A program made the position numbers and the translations under genes. DNA of 56,444 nucleotides, the filler included, from Dimargaris cristalligena (lineage: Eukaryota): NCBI GenBank assembly GCA_003614675.1. It is 4 parts of 4 records of this genome, joined end to end, with 100 filler letters (N's around TTAATTAATTAA, not from the genome) between each part and the next. Parts side by side here need not be neighbours in the genome. Positions count along the whole stretch, not along the records: positions 1 to 14,092 come from ML002967.1; positions 14,193 to 28,250 come from ML002968.1; 2 more parts are not named here. The stretch is one strand, 5' to 3'. Positions 13,789 to 23,547 of the stretch are shown piece by piece; within the stretch, counting starts at the first letter, position 1, and each line of letters starts with the position of its first letter. The notes under the pieces are model-generated. The model did not search any database and was not told where the DNA came from. It worked only from the letters and a program-made list of their open reading frames with translations.

Positions 13789-14092
13789 TGTATAACGAAA
13801 AATCCATTTGATGAGGCAAGTAAAGTACTACTGGCTGAAAATAAACATCCCACCAATTCTCCCATATACATATTGGTTAAAACCTTATACAACTAAGTGG
13901 AACTTCACCCATATCGTTTCGGGTTTATATTATATTCGATAGAATCTGGGATATGGGAGAAGTTTATCCAAGTTGTATAACGAAAAATCCATTAGATTCG
14001 GCCAATATTACTAGTTAAAAATACATTTCCCATCTATTTTCCCATACACGTATAATGTAAACCCTTATATAGCTGGGCCGAATTTCACCCAT
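13789..14092. repeat. Diverged tandem duplication, period ~180-185 bp
   Basis: TGTATAACGAAAAATCCATT at 13789 and 13974; TTCACCCAT ending at 13912 and 14092; runs into the gap. Confidence 0.8.
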
Positions 14093-14192
14093 NNNNNNNN
14101 NNNNNNNNNNNNNNNNNNNNNNNNNNNNNNNNNNNNTTAATTAATTAANNNNNNNNNNNNNNNNNNNNNNNNNNNNNNNNNNNNNNNNNNNN
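14093..14192. other. Artificial contig spacer
   Basis: 44 N + TTAATTAATTAA (stops in all six frames) + 44 N. Confidence 0.97.
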
Positions 14193-14657
14193 TCATTCCA
14201 GTCGTTTAGCCAAACTAATTATAACAGTCATACCCCGAGTAACGATCCGTTCGCGGCATTTGGACTAGATTCCATGCTAGGGGGCGGGAGCGGACCCACC
14301 CAGACCAAAGTTACTACAACAGCCATCATGTCGGAATCGTACGTCAAGCGGAGTCAGACCGTGTTAGTTCCAGCCGGTACGACGGCGGCACTAATGAACC
14401 AGCAGCAACAGCTGCAACAACAACATCCTCAGCAGCAGTCGTTTCCACCATCGGTGGGTTTTGGTAACGATGCTACCCAGCCGCTCTTCGCCACTAATTT
14501 TGACGATTTTATGAACAGTACGTCATCAGGAGGGGCGGCGGCCCCCAATTCAACCACCCATCCGTTTCATTCGGCCGGGGCCCAACCCACTCCGGCCGCC
14601 AACCTTAACCCAGCCGTGAACAACAGCAATCCCTTCGGCTTTGCTGCCTTCCACTGA
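14193..14657 (+). CDS. C-terminal fragment of an endocytic adaptor, probably the displaced tail of the neighbouring ANTH gene; 5'-partial
   Basis: Frame is open from the contig edge (SFQSFSQTNYNSHTPSNDPFAAF...) to TGA at 14657. It has DPF, FDDF and terminal NPF motifs and a poly-Q tract, followed by T-rich 3'UTR-like sequence. Confidence 0.75.
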   Translation, partial: SFQSFSQTNYNSHTPSNDPFAAFGLDSMLGGGSGPTQTKVTTTAIMSESYVKRSQTVLVPAGTTAALMNQQQQLQQQHPQQQSFPPSVGFGNDATQPLFATNFDDFMNSTSSGGAAAPNSTTHPFHSAGAQPTPAANLNPAVNNSNPFGFAAFH

Positions 14658-15295
14658 AATATAGTTGTTTTCCCAATTTCGATTTCCAATGTTCCCTCCT
14701 CATTCGTATCCACACGTATCATATATGTTTCTTCCAAAATTTGAAATACCGACATACTTAAGAAATATTTTTTCTCAACCACCCCGTTACTTTCAGACTG
14801 TCTGTTTTATGTGACTTGCTTTAACCATTTCTTTCGTTACTCCCCCCCCTCATTACTGTATACCTGCCGTTCATTGGCGCTTATAAATGATTACGATTTG
14901 TAAATTCCGTTACCAATGTTGTTTTGGGCTTAACCTTTTTTCTCCTCAAAAACCACGAAAGGGAAGAAGCCGAAGGGGGTGTATGTTCGCAAAATTAACC
15001 CCACGCGTTGTATAATACTTTACTGCAGTGATTATTGGGTGCTCCCTAATGACACTCACGAATCCCTCTTATCAATAGATGAGTAATGGATGAAATCCAC
15101 ATCTTATTAATGATGATATCCTCCTCCTCAGTCCGAATCCGATTCCTGAGAAAACAGAAGAAAATAGATGAGGCTGGGCGAAGTGGGGATAGTGAAAGGA
15201 TCAACGGATGAGATGAAGGGTCGTAATATTGAAAGTAGGTAATTTCGAAAGGGAGGTAAATGCACGACAGCTACTGAATAATAAAATATAAAAGA

Positions 15296-17476
15296 CTATG
15301 GCTTTAGAAAGGGCGAGGAGCAGAAGGGAAAATATAGGGAAGAAAGGTGGGGGGCGGAATTGAAAGCGAGGAAAAAAGAGGATATGGCGAACTCTCCACA
15401 CCTCCCTCCCTCTTGCATTATATTCCCAATGATGGTTAATTTTATTAATATTATATTTGTTGGATTGGTGAAGGGATTCCGCGAGCTCGGGGAGCCCGAG
15501 TTGGCCAGAACCAGTTGCTGCTGGTTTTCCGGTTGGGCCTGTTGCTGATTCATATAGTAGTCATGGGTGGATGGAGTTGGGGGCGCCGGTAAAGCCAGTT
15601 GCTGTGTCTGCTGTGAGGGCTGAAATTGAACCGAAGTATCAAAGAAGGGGTTGGACGGTGACGGAGTGGGCTGAATCGCCATCAAGGAAGTGGGCAGCGT
15701 GGCGGGCTGGATAACTTCGTGTTCGATACTAGAGAAGAAATCGATCAAATCCCGCTGGGACTCTGCCTTCTCGGCGGCCGCGGGGGTACTTGACGAAGGA
15801 GCGGGTTGCGTCGATGATCGAGACATAGTGGCCGCCCGGTTGAGGGTGTTGGACGATGCGGGGGGAGCCAGCGACGATGGGGGCGCATTCATCTTGCGTG
15901 GCATGGTATGGAACATTGGTTTTGTTGGGGACGCGGGTTCCTTCGAAGCAGGTTTGCCGCCGAATGTGGTGGGTGCCGTGGCATTCTTCGCCATGGAGGC
16001 GGGGAGGGTCGGCGGACCCGAAGTCCCCTTCTGGTTCTTGATCTTCTCGGCCACCGGTAGGCGGGCCTCGGGGGTCTGGAGATACTCTTCGAGGGAAATG
16101 GCTAAGGAAACGGGGGCATGGTTCAGGAGCGGGATATTGATACCGAAGGAGGCCTGCAGCTGGCGACCGTTTTCAAGGTAGTCGGTGACCCGGTCGGTGA
16201 TTTTGACAAAGCGCTTGTATAGTTCCAGACTCCGTCTCATGTCGTCGTACGAAATGATAAAGTAGCTTTTGAGCATCTTGATTACGCCCACATTCATGGC
16301 CTGGAAAAGCTTGAGGAGGTCGCGGATCAGTAGCCGAAAGGCGGTAAATGTAACTTCGTTATCTACAGTGTCAATGAAGAACTACAAGTCGAACATGTGC
16401 ATGGGGTGATTCAGAGTTTGGGAAAGATCCGATAGTATAAATAATTTATAAATATCAGGGTCTGGTTAGTCGAAGGATAGCACAATAGCGACCGGGAAAA
16501 GGGCCGTTAACCATACAAATAATGGTGGAATAGCTATAAAAAAACGGCATGGCTTACCTTCGCCTTTAATAGAACGTAGATTTGCCGCTGAATGTAGGAA
16601 ATCTCCGTCAGCAGCCGCTGGATATTCAGTTTGCCCTCTCCATAGATCTGGGTTTTGGATGGGTACTTGTCGCGCACGAAATCCACTTGGGTGTCTTTGT
16701 AACAGTTCACTTTCTCAATTAGGTAATGCGCGTACAGGCGGATATTTTTACTCTGATCGAATGCTGGAGAAGGTGGACGGCGAATGGCGCAACGTAAACA
16801 ATTATAGTAGAACGGCGGGGTGGGTCAGATTCTTTGAGAATGCCATACGGTCAAATCCAAGGGCCGGGTAGGGAAATGAAAGGTTCACCGAGAAAGATAT
16901 CATGGGGAGGGGGGCATACTTACATCGGGTTCCATTTTTATCCCGAAATTGGTGCAGGTCTAGTACATTGCTATTCCGAGACAGATAATCAAAAACGGTG
17001 GCAGGTTCACCTTCCTGCATTAGCAAGTGAATGAGAATTAACGCCTTGAAAGAAATCTAATAGTATCCAACGGTACCATATTGACGGGCAGTGTAAATAG
17101 AGGAGGAGTAGAGGCATGCTAATATACGTTAGAACCGAGTAATACATTCCCTATCAACTCTGCAGAACCCCTTTCTTCCGCCACCGGCGGGGGACTTGCC
17201 CTAGTGGAAACGGCAGCTGGGCCCGGTGGGTGCGTTTGGCAATGCTGGAATTCCAAGGCATACAAGAATGACCATCCCGGACGAGAATACCCAAGGCCTG
17301 GCTTTATGGCAACTTACCACCCAGGACGGCTCGGAAAAACGCCCCTCGATGACCACGAACAGCTCGGCCATGGACGCCGGTGGCTCCATCCAGGTCATTT
17401 GAACGAGGCGGTCGACATGTTTCTTTTTAGGGGTGACGCAGTCTTTGTTGGTGGCTTTGAAAACGGCTTTCTCCAT
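15296..17476 (-). CDS. ANTH-domain clathrin adaptor (AP180/CALM/Yap1801-Yap1802 family); 3' end probably disrupted near 15455
   Basis: Exons 17476-17318, 17056-16924, 16763-16558 and 16381 onward join in frame across GT-AG introns. Motifs: KAT..PKKKH, WVISFKALILIHLLMQEG, IRLYAHYLIEK, AFRLLIRDLLKLFQAMNVGVIKML, then a DLIDF clathrin-box-like motif and NPF motifs. After RNPFTNPTN the frame runs into AT-rich, non-coding-looking sequence. Confidence 0.92.
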
Positions 17477-19446
17477 TGTAGGGGTGGGTCGAGGGCAAAA
17501 TTGGGGGGGGGGGGGTGTGGACCACTCTATTAGGGCAAAGGAGAAACAATCAAGGGGGGAGTGGAAATGTGAATGGGAAAGAAAGATAAAATAGGGAAAC
17601 TGGAAGTGACGTCTATCTTTCTATAGAAGAGATAGAACCACTACTGGGCCTTCAAAATGGGTTGTTGGGGCGTATGGGTATGGGTATGGCGTGAGAAGTG
17701 AGTCTCCGTGGTGAATGAATTGGCAGGATTAGAAGGAGGCGGAAGACTGAGTTGGACCCCTCAAAAAGTAAAAATAACTACTGGGCATTAAGAAGGGTAT
17801 ACTGTTTGAGCTGATGGAATGTAGTATTACCAGTATTGTGTTATTGGGTCTATATCGAAGTAAAAACGGACTGCCCAGACGACGAGAAATAAGAGAGAGA
17901 GGGAGAGAGAGAGGAATGGGGGGGGAAACACAAAGAAGGCGGGAAAAGTGAAACGAAAGGAGAAATGAAATAGGAGGAGGATACGCCAAAGTATTACGTA
18001 AATGTTTCACGGCCAAGGCCTGTCGTAGAGTATAATATATATGCGCATACATTAAAGAAGGGAGAAACTGGCCTTGGGCGGGTATTTACAACCTCTACGT
18101 GACTTTACTTTATAACAGGTTAAAAGGGTTCAAACACATACATGTACATGTGCATGACACGGTAAATCAGTCTGAATAGTGGGTATTAAGAATAGGTTGG
18201 AAGGGGAGTCTTCCCAACACCACCACCTTCTCCTCCTCCTTCTCTTCACTATACAATAATCGTTTACTTTACAACAGTACCAACCGCGTGCCCTTCTGGA
18301 TATGGAGGGAGAGGAGAGAGGACAGGGAAGGAGGGATGTTTTGAAATCTGGGTCATACGCCGATATACGTGGAGGAAAATGCCGACTGACCCAATAACCG
18401 TTGGTGTTGTACGAGTTCTTCTCTACCACTGACCTATACAATCTTAATTATAGGTGACCAATACCCTCCTCTCCTAGGAGACCAAGTTAACCAGCAAGCA
18501 GCCATCGGGGAAAGTAGAACGTCACCAGTATTATAACCCCCACTTAGAAAAAGGCGACGTACAAAGTAAGGAATAGTAGCCGCATCTATTTATATCCACA
18601 TGCCGAAAATTGAGCGGCGCATATGAGGAAGATGTCGATTGAGAAGGTAAAGGCGGCACCCCATACTGATGAACATGAAAAAGGCCCTGTCTATGGCTGT
18701 GGTATACCACCCCCACTGCCATACGGGCGAGGAAAACGGGATATACCTTTTATCCAACTGATTACAAAGTGTTACCATGTTCGGCGCAATTTTCAAACTT
18801 AATTCGAAACAGCAATGGCTTCTCTCTCCTCCTATCTATCTACCCATGTTATTAAGTGGGTAAGGAATGTGACTCGGAATGGCAATCATTGGATTACCAT
18901 TCCGAAAAGACTATATTCCTTTGAGGAAAGGTGTTGGATCATCCAATTGGTTTTAATGGGGTAGTAGGCATAGCAACATAGCAGAAAGCAACAAAAAGCG
19001 AGAGAAGACAGGTGAAGCGAAAGTAAGGCATAACATAGCAAAATGGAGTGGAGTAGAATAAATAGGTGAAGGGGGCCGGCGGGCACAGAGGAGGGTATAG
19101 TACATCAAGATCGTGCGTTATAAAAGAAACAAAATCAATGTAAGCGTGTAGAAGTAAACCTGTGGGCAATTGGATAATAAATAGGCGTCGGAGTTGGAGA
19201 AGTAACACTGGATTATAAATGGCGGATGATCAAACGGACTCAGTCAGTACATAAGGAAGAGCAAGCAGGCGCAACCCACAGCGCGAAAGGCACCTCCACA
19301 CGATACACAATCGTGGAAACAAACAACTTCAGTGTGCAAAAAAAAATATGACAACATCGTACATGGGTAAATTATAAATGGAAAGATCAATCGAAGCAGT
19401 CCCCGCGCATCAGAGCTCTCCGGCAATAAAAGAATACAAAACTACC

Positions 19447-22400
19447 TCAGCCAGGAATTCGGTAAAACCAGCCGGATCCATCTTCATTAACGACCACATG
19501 GGCCGGATCCAGTCCGCGCGCACACACATCACAGAGCTTGCCATTGTTCATCGGTGTCCCAGGCCCAGACCCAGTCAATGAAGGGTGCGGGGCAATAAGG
19601 GATGGCCGCTCGTGGCAGATGGTAATATTCCGACGGCCGGGGAGGGAAGCGGAGGCCGAAACGAGGGGGAATGCGACCGAGTTGGGCGGACAGGAGAATC
19701 GGTTAGTAGTTAAGGGGAGATGGGGTGTGGAGCACGAGGCTGGCGAGGTTGGGCTCACGTTTTTGATAGGTGCAGCGGGTGAATTAGCTGTCTCGGCCAC
19801 AGTTGTAAGCATTAACGAGTCTGATAGTCCTTTCGAAGTGGCAAATGGTCGGGGATTCCTGCGAGGCATGCAGCTAGGGCGAGGTGGTGGACACGGCCGG
19901 ACAGGTCCACCCGCTACAATCCCAACGCTACGGTGAGTGAGTGGTGTATCCGGTGGAGACCCCAGTTGAGGTTGGGGTTGATGTAGGGACGAAGCAAGAA
20001 CCGCCTGTCCCTCGGGGTTCTGGTCGGGATAGTGGGCTAAGGTCAACGTTGGATTGGCCGCTGTCGAAGACACTAACCCATCCCCCTGCTGACAAGATGG
20101 AAGTCGTTTGGGCATCGGTGACGGGGAATTCGGGTCGGCTGTAGTGGTCGAGACATCCATAGCCGAATCCGCCCGCACGGGGGTGGGGCGGTAGGGCAAA
20201 GGCGCCTTCCTCGTCGCCGACCGAACCGGACTTGCACCGTCCAGGCCAGACTGCAGTAGTTGCTGGCTGCTGCGTTTCGTTAAACAGTCGGAACACACGG
20301 CGCGTTGGCAGCGGGAACAGGTATTTCGCCAGCGAAACACGGTAAAGTCCTGCAAACAGAGACAGCATTGCCAAGATGCAGACCGGCCCTGGTCCGTCTT
20401 ACGAGCCGAGTGATACTTAATATGGTCACGGAGGAGTGACGACGTAGCCAGGCTGCTCCCACTTGAGTTCAGTATACTGCTTCCGCCGCTGCTGCAGCTA
20501 CTGCTATTACTGATGATGCTCATCCGGTTACTGCTGGTAAAACTAAGCGCCGGATCGGAGCACAGGGGCATGCCCATTCGGTTGTCTTCCGCAAAGGCAA
20601 TAGGGGCCGTTGAGCGACGTGAAATGGGGAGATCGGCGGCAGAAATGGAATCAGACCCCTTGTAGACCTCCGACTCCACCATGGAAAGGCCCGGTCGGGA
20701 CGGAGGTCGTTCGCTGACCAGGAATGGGGAGTGGGTGTCATCAACCACGGTGCTGGCAGCGGCCTTGATGCTAAATTCGCTCAGCCGATGGGTCTTCCCG
20801 GGGGATAGTTGGAGAGTCGGCGGAGGGGACTTGGCCCTAGCAATCGAAAACCGGCGCACCGAAGTGGGCTTTGTCGTAGTGGCATTAAAGGTGGTGGATA
20901 TAGTAAGGTTGGCCAATGAAAGCGGGGGCGATGCCAGTGTCGGGGACTGATTCGGTGAAATAAGCAGCGTGGCAGGACGGGGAGAGATATTCGTGGGCGG
21001 TGGACGCGGGGACGGGGGCTTCAGAGATAGGGCAGGAGGAGATAACGCTGATTTAGAGGGCGTTGGCGTGGGATCCGGAGTCGATGGTTCAGGATCAGCG
21101 GCGGCCTTGGGTGGGTCATCGTTGGATTTTAGTGGTTCGAGGGAAAATACACTTTCGTCATGACTACTGGCAAGCGATACCGAGGATAGTGCCAGCCGGG
21201 GTAGGCTGTAGGTCCAACTGACGAAGGACATGCGCCGAGCAGTGGAAAGGCCGTAATCGATGAGCCGTTTGGGGGAGGTGGGGGACGATAGAGTGGAGGA
21301 CGAGGCCGAGGTCGTGGTCGTGTGGGTAGTGGGGGTGGCGCCTATGCTGAAGCGCTGGTTGGGTGTGCCAGGCGTAGCCGATGACGACCAGCGTCGACGA
21401 TCAATAGGGTCGGGTAAAATATCCGTAAAGGATTGGCGTTTAGAGGCCACCATAATGGGCGGCGACGCGAACAAGTCGGGAGTGGAGGCACCGGCCGGGT
21501 GGGCCACTAACCCGAATAAAGAGTGGGTAGCCGTGGCCGATGAGCTGCTTCGACCGGCCCGGGTTCGACCAAGATAGGAAGCGGGACCACGTAAGCCGCG
21601 GGGATTATTCTGGCGCTGTTTGGTGTCGCTAAGGTGTTCCTTACCGAAGAGAAGGGCCACGCATTGATCGCAGGCACGGGCCTCCTTATCCTCGGATTCC
21701 CAGGAGCCCGGGATGACAATAGTCTTGGTAGAACAGTAGTGACAGACTATATGGCCACAGGCCCGGCAATGATGCTTGCGCCGAAACAGACTGAACTCTT
21801 CATAACAAATGAGACAGCGGACGGCTTGCTCGTCGGGTATCCAAACCGGTGCATTGTAGTTTTGAACTACGCGAGGGGAGGTTGGTGACGCCTGGGCGAC
21901 CGGGCTAAGGCTCAGCGGAGGCGGCAGATGATCTGAATTAAGGTCGGCATTGCTGTAGCTGTGACTAGGGCCACCCCGGTCGGGACCGAACTCATCGTCG
22001 TCGTCGTCGTCGTCGTCATCAGCAGCAGTAGCAGTAGCAGGACGGGGATCCGCAGGAGTGCCGGGGGTAGAGCTTTTATCATCATCCCAATGGGTTGCCG
22101 CCATGGATAAATTCGACAGAGCAAGTGGGCTTCCGGGAGTGGTGGTTGACGGGATGTTAATAAACATCGATTGGGCCCGCCGGCCCCGACTACTGCGGTC
22201 CACTCTGAGAGTTTTGCGGGCGTTGATATGTTCCGTGATGGCACGATGGAGCGCACCGACCCATTCCTGTTTAAGCCGGGGGGTTTCGGTGTAAACTCCG
22301 AATGACTTTTCCCGACTATAGATTTGGAAAACGTTTTTGAGGGGGGCTTGGGGCGTATCGGGCACATCAATCACCCGGCACTCTTCCAGCGGAAATTTCC

Positions 22401-23547
22401 GGTGAAAATTGTAATTATTCTCTAAAAGGGCGGGACTAGCGTAGATGAGGATATCGGTAAACAGGAAAAACTCCCGAGGTTGGTGGTTTTTGCGGCAGAT
22501 TTTACGAACTGGGCCGCGTTTGATGAATTTGCGACCGGGCACAATCAGGCTGTCGTTGTAGCCAGTGAGGGCCTTTTGGATGGACACCATAGTGGTGTAC
22601 ATTTCATGTTGGCGGATCATCTCATTGACAAATTGGGCCACTTCCTGGATAACACCCAAAGCTTTGGTCACGAGGGGCAGATCAGAGTGATCACCCGGGG
22701 TATGGCGGGCCAGATCGGTCAGTAAAAGGCGATAGCGCGGTAATCGCTGGATAGGCAGCATGAGATAGCTGTCAATCGTCAAGTTCTTCAGGTCGGACCG
22801 GGCGTTGACTTGGCGGACGAACTGTCGGAAGGGTGGGTGAGTATCGACGGTAGTACGCAGTAAAGTCACGGCGCGGTGGAAATTGCGGATATACACGGAA
22901 TACATTTTAAAAAAGGGGGCCACACTGAGGAAAATGTCACCGATGCGAATGCCGGTGGCGTCCGCGGGCATGGTTGGAGGGGCGGTGGAATCTGGGGGGG
23001 GCGGAGAGAGACCAAAACGGCCCTCCAGTTGGAGGAGAAATTCGCGATTTACATTGAGGATATCGCTAAAATTGGAGAAGATGTCAGAGATGCGCTTGGG
23101 GGTCAGGATAAGCGTGGATGGATGCTTGGCGGCCTGGAGGAGCGGTGTGTAAAAGGCCCGATCGACCAGCTGGAGGCCGGCGACGTAGGTCCGTTCGGTA
23201 GCAATGATTTCCTGGAGGATCCGCTGGCGCTTACATACGGGAGACGTGGGAGTGGGCGGAGGCACGGAGGACGGTTCGGTGGTGGTGGTAAGAAGTGGGG
23301 GCGGGGGTGGAGGTCGCTGCTGGTTGGTCCGGAGGGGTTCACTTTTGACGTCGGTATTCGCTACCAGCAGAGGAGAGGAACGGGAGATTGGGTTCTGGTT
23401 GGTTGGGGGGCGGTCAGAAGAGCTGCTTCCATATACAGTCCGGGCGGAGCCGGAAGGGCCGAAGAGGTGGGAGCGGGAGTCCTCACCTACCTTCCAGCTA
23501 GCGCTTGTATCAAGGGATTTGGTGGTGGTTGTGGTGAGCAGAGCCAT
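19447..23547 (-). CDS. FGD/frabin-like Rho GEF: DH, PH, FYVE and a degenerate split FYVE-like finger
   Basis: DH: RQRILQEIIATERTYV and YLMLPIQRLPRYRLLL. PH: RKFIKRG...REFFLFTDILIY...QEWVGALHRAI. FYVE: WIPD...CLIC...RRKHHCRACGHIVCHYCS...RACDQC. Intronless 1366-aa ORF; probable 5'UTR intron at 23965-23585 (GTATGT...CTTAG). Confidence 0.93.
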   Translation of the reverse strand: MALLTTTTTKSLDTSASWKVGEDSRSHLFGPSGSARTVYGSSSSDRPPTNQNPISRSSPLLVANTDVKSEPLRTNQQRPPPPPPLLTTTTEPSSVPPPTPTSPVCKRQRILQEIIATERTYVAGLQLVDRAFYTPLLQAAKHPSTLILTPKRISDIFSNFSDILNVNREFLLQLEGRFGLSPPPPDSTAPPTMPADATGIRIGDIFLSVAPFFKMYSVYIRNFHRAVTLLRTTVDTHPPFRQFVRQVNARSDLKNLTIDSYLMLPIQRLPRYRLLLTDLARHTPGDHSDLPLVTKALGVIQEVAQFVNEMIRQHEMYTTMVSIQKALTGYNDSLIVPGRKFIKRGPVRKICRKNHQPREFFLFTDILIYASPALLENNYNFHRKFPLEECRVIDVPDTPQAPLKNVFQIYSREKSFGVYTETPRLKQEWVGALHRAITEHINARKTLRVDRSSRGRRAQSMFINIPSTTTPGSPLALSNLSMAATHWDDDKSSTPGTPADPRPATATAADDDDDDDDDEFGPDRGGPSHSYSNADLNSDHLPPPLSLSPVAQASPTSPRVVQNYNAPVWIPDEQAVRCLICYEEFSLFRRKHHCRACGHIVCHYCSTKTIVIPGSWESEDKEARACDQCVALLFGKEHLSDTKQRQNNPRGLRGPASYLGRTRAGRSSSSATATHSLFGLVAHPAGASTPDLFASPPIMVASKRQSFTDILPDPIDRRRWSSSATPGTPNQRFSIGATPTTHTTTTSASSSTLSSPTSPKRLIDYGLSTARRMSFVSWTYSLPRLALSSVSLASSHDESVFSLEPLKSNDDPPKAAADPEPSTPDPTPTPSKSALSPPALSLKPPSPRPPPTNISPRPATLLISPNQSPTLASPPLSLANLTISTTFNATTTKPTSVRRFSIARAKSPPPTLQLSPGKTHRLSEFSIKAAASTVVDDTHSPFLVSERPPSRPGLSMVESEVYKGSDSISAADLPISRRSTAPIAFAEDNRMGMPLCSDPALSFTSSNRMSIISNSSSCSSGGSSILNSSGSSLATSSLLRDHIKYHSARKTDQGRSASWQCCLCLQDFTVFRWRNTCSRCQRAVCSDCLTKRSSQQLLQSGLDGASPVRSATRKAPLPYRPTPVRADSAMDVSTTTADPNSPSPMPKRLPSCQQGDGLVSSTAANPTLTLAHYPDQNPEGQAVLASSLHQPQPQLGSPPDTPLTHRSVGIVAGGPVRPCPPPRPSCMPRRNPRPFATSKGLSDSLMLTTVAETANSPAAPIKNVSPTSPASCSTPHLPLTTNRFSCPPNSVAFPLVSASASLPGRRNITICHERPSLIAPHPSLTGSGPGTPMNNGKLCDVCARGLDPAHVVVNEDGSGWFYRIPG

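Noticed and set aside
14137-14148. TTAATTAATTAA palindrome repeated three times as a biological motif
   Set aside because: Always centred in an identical 100-nt N block; it is a six-frame-stop linker.
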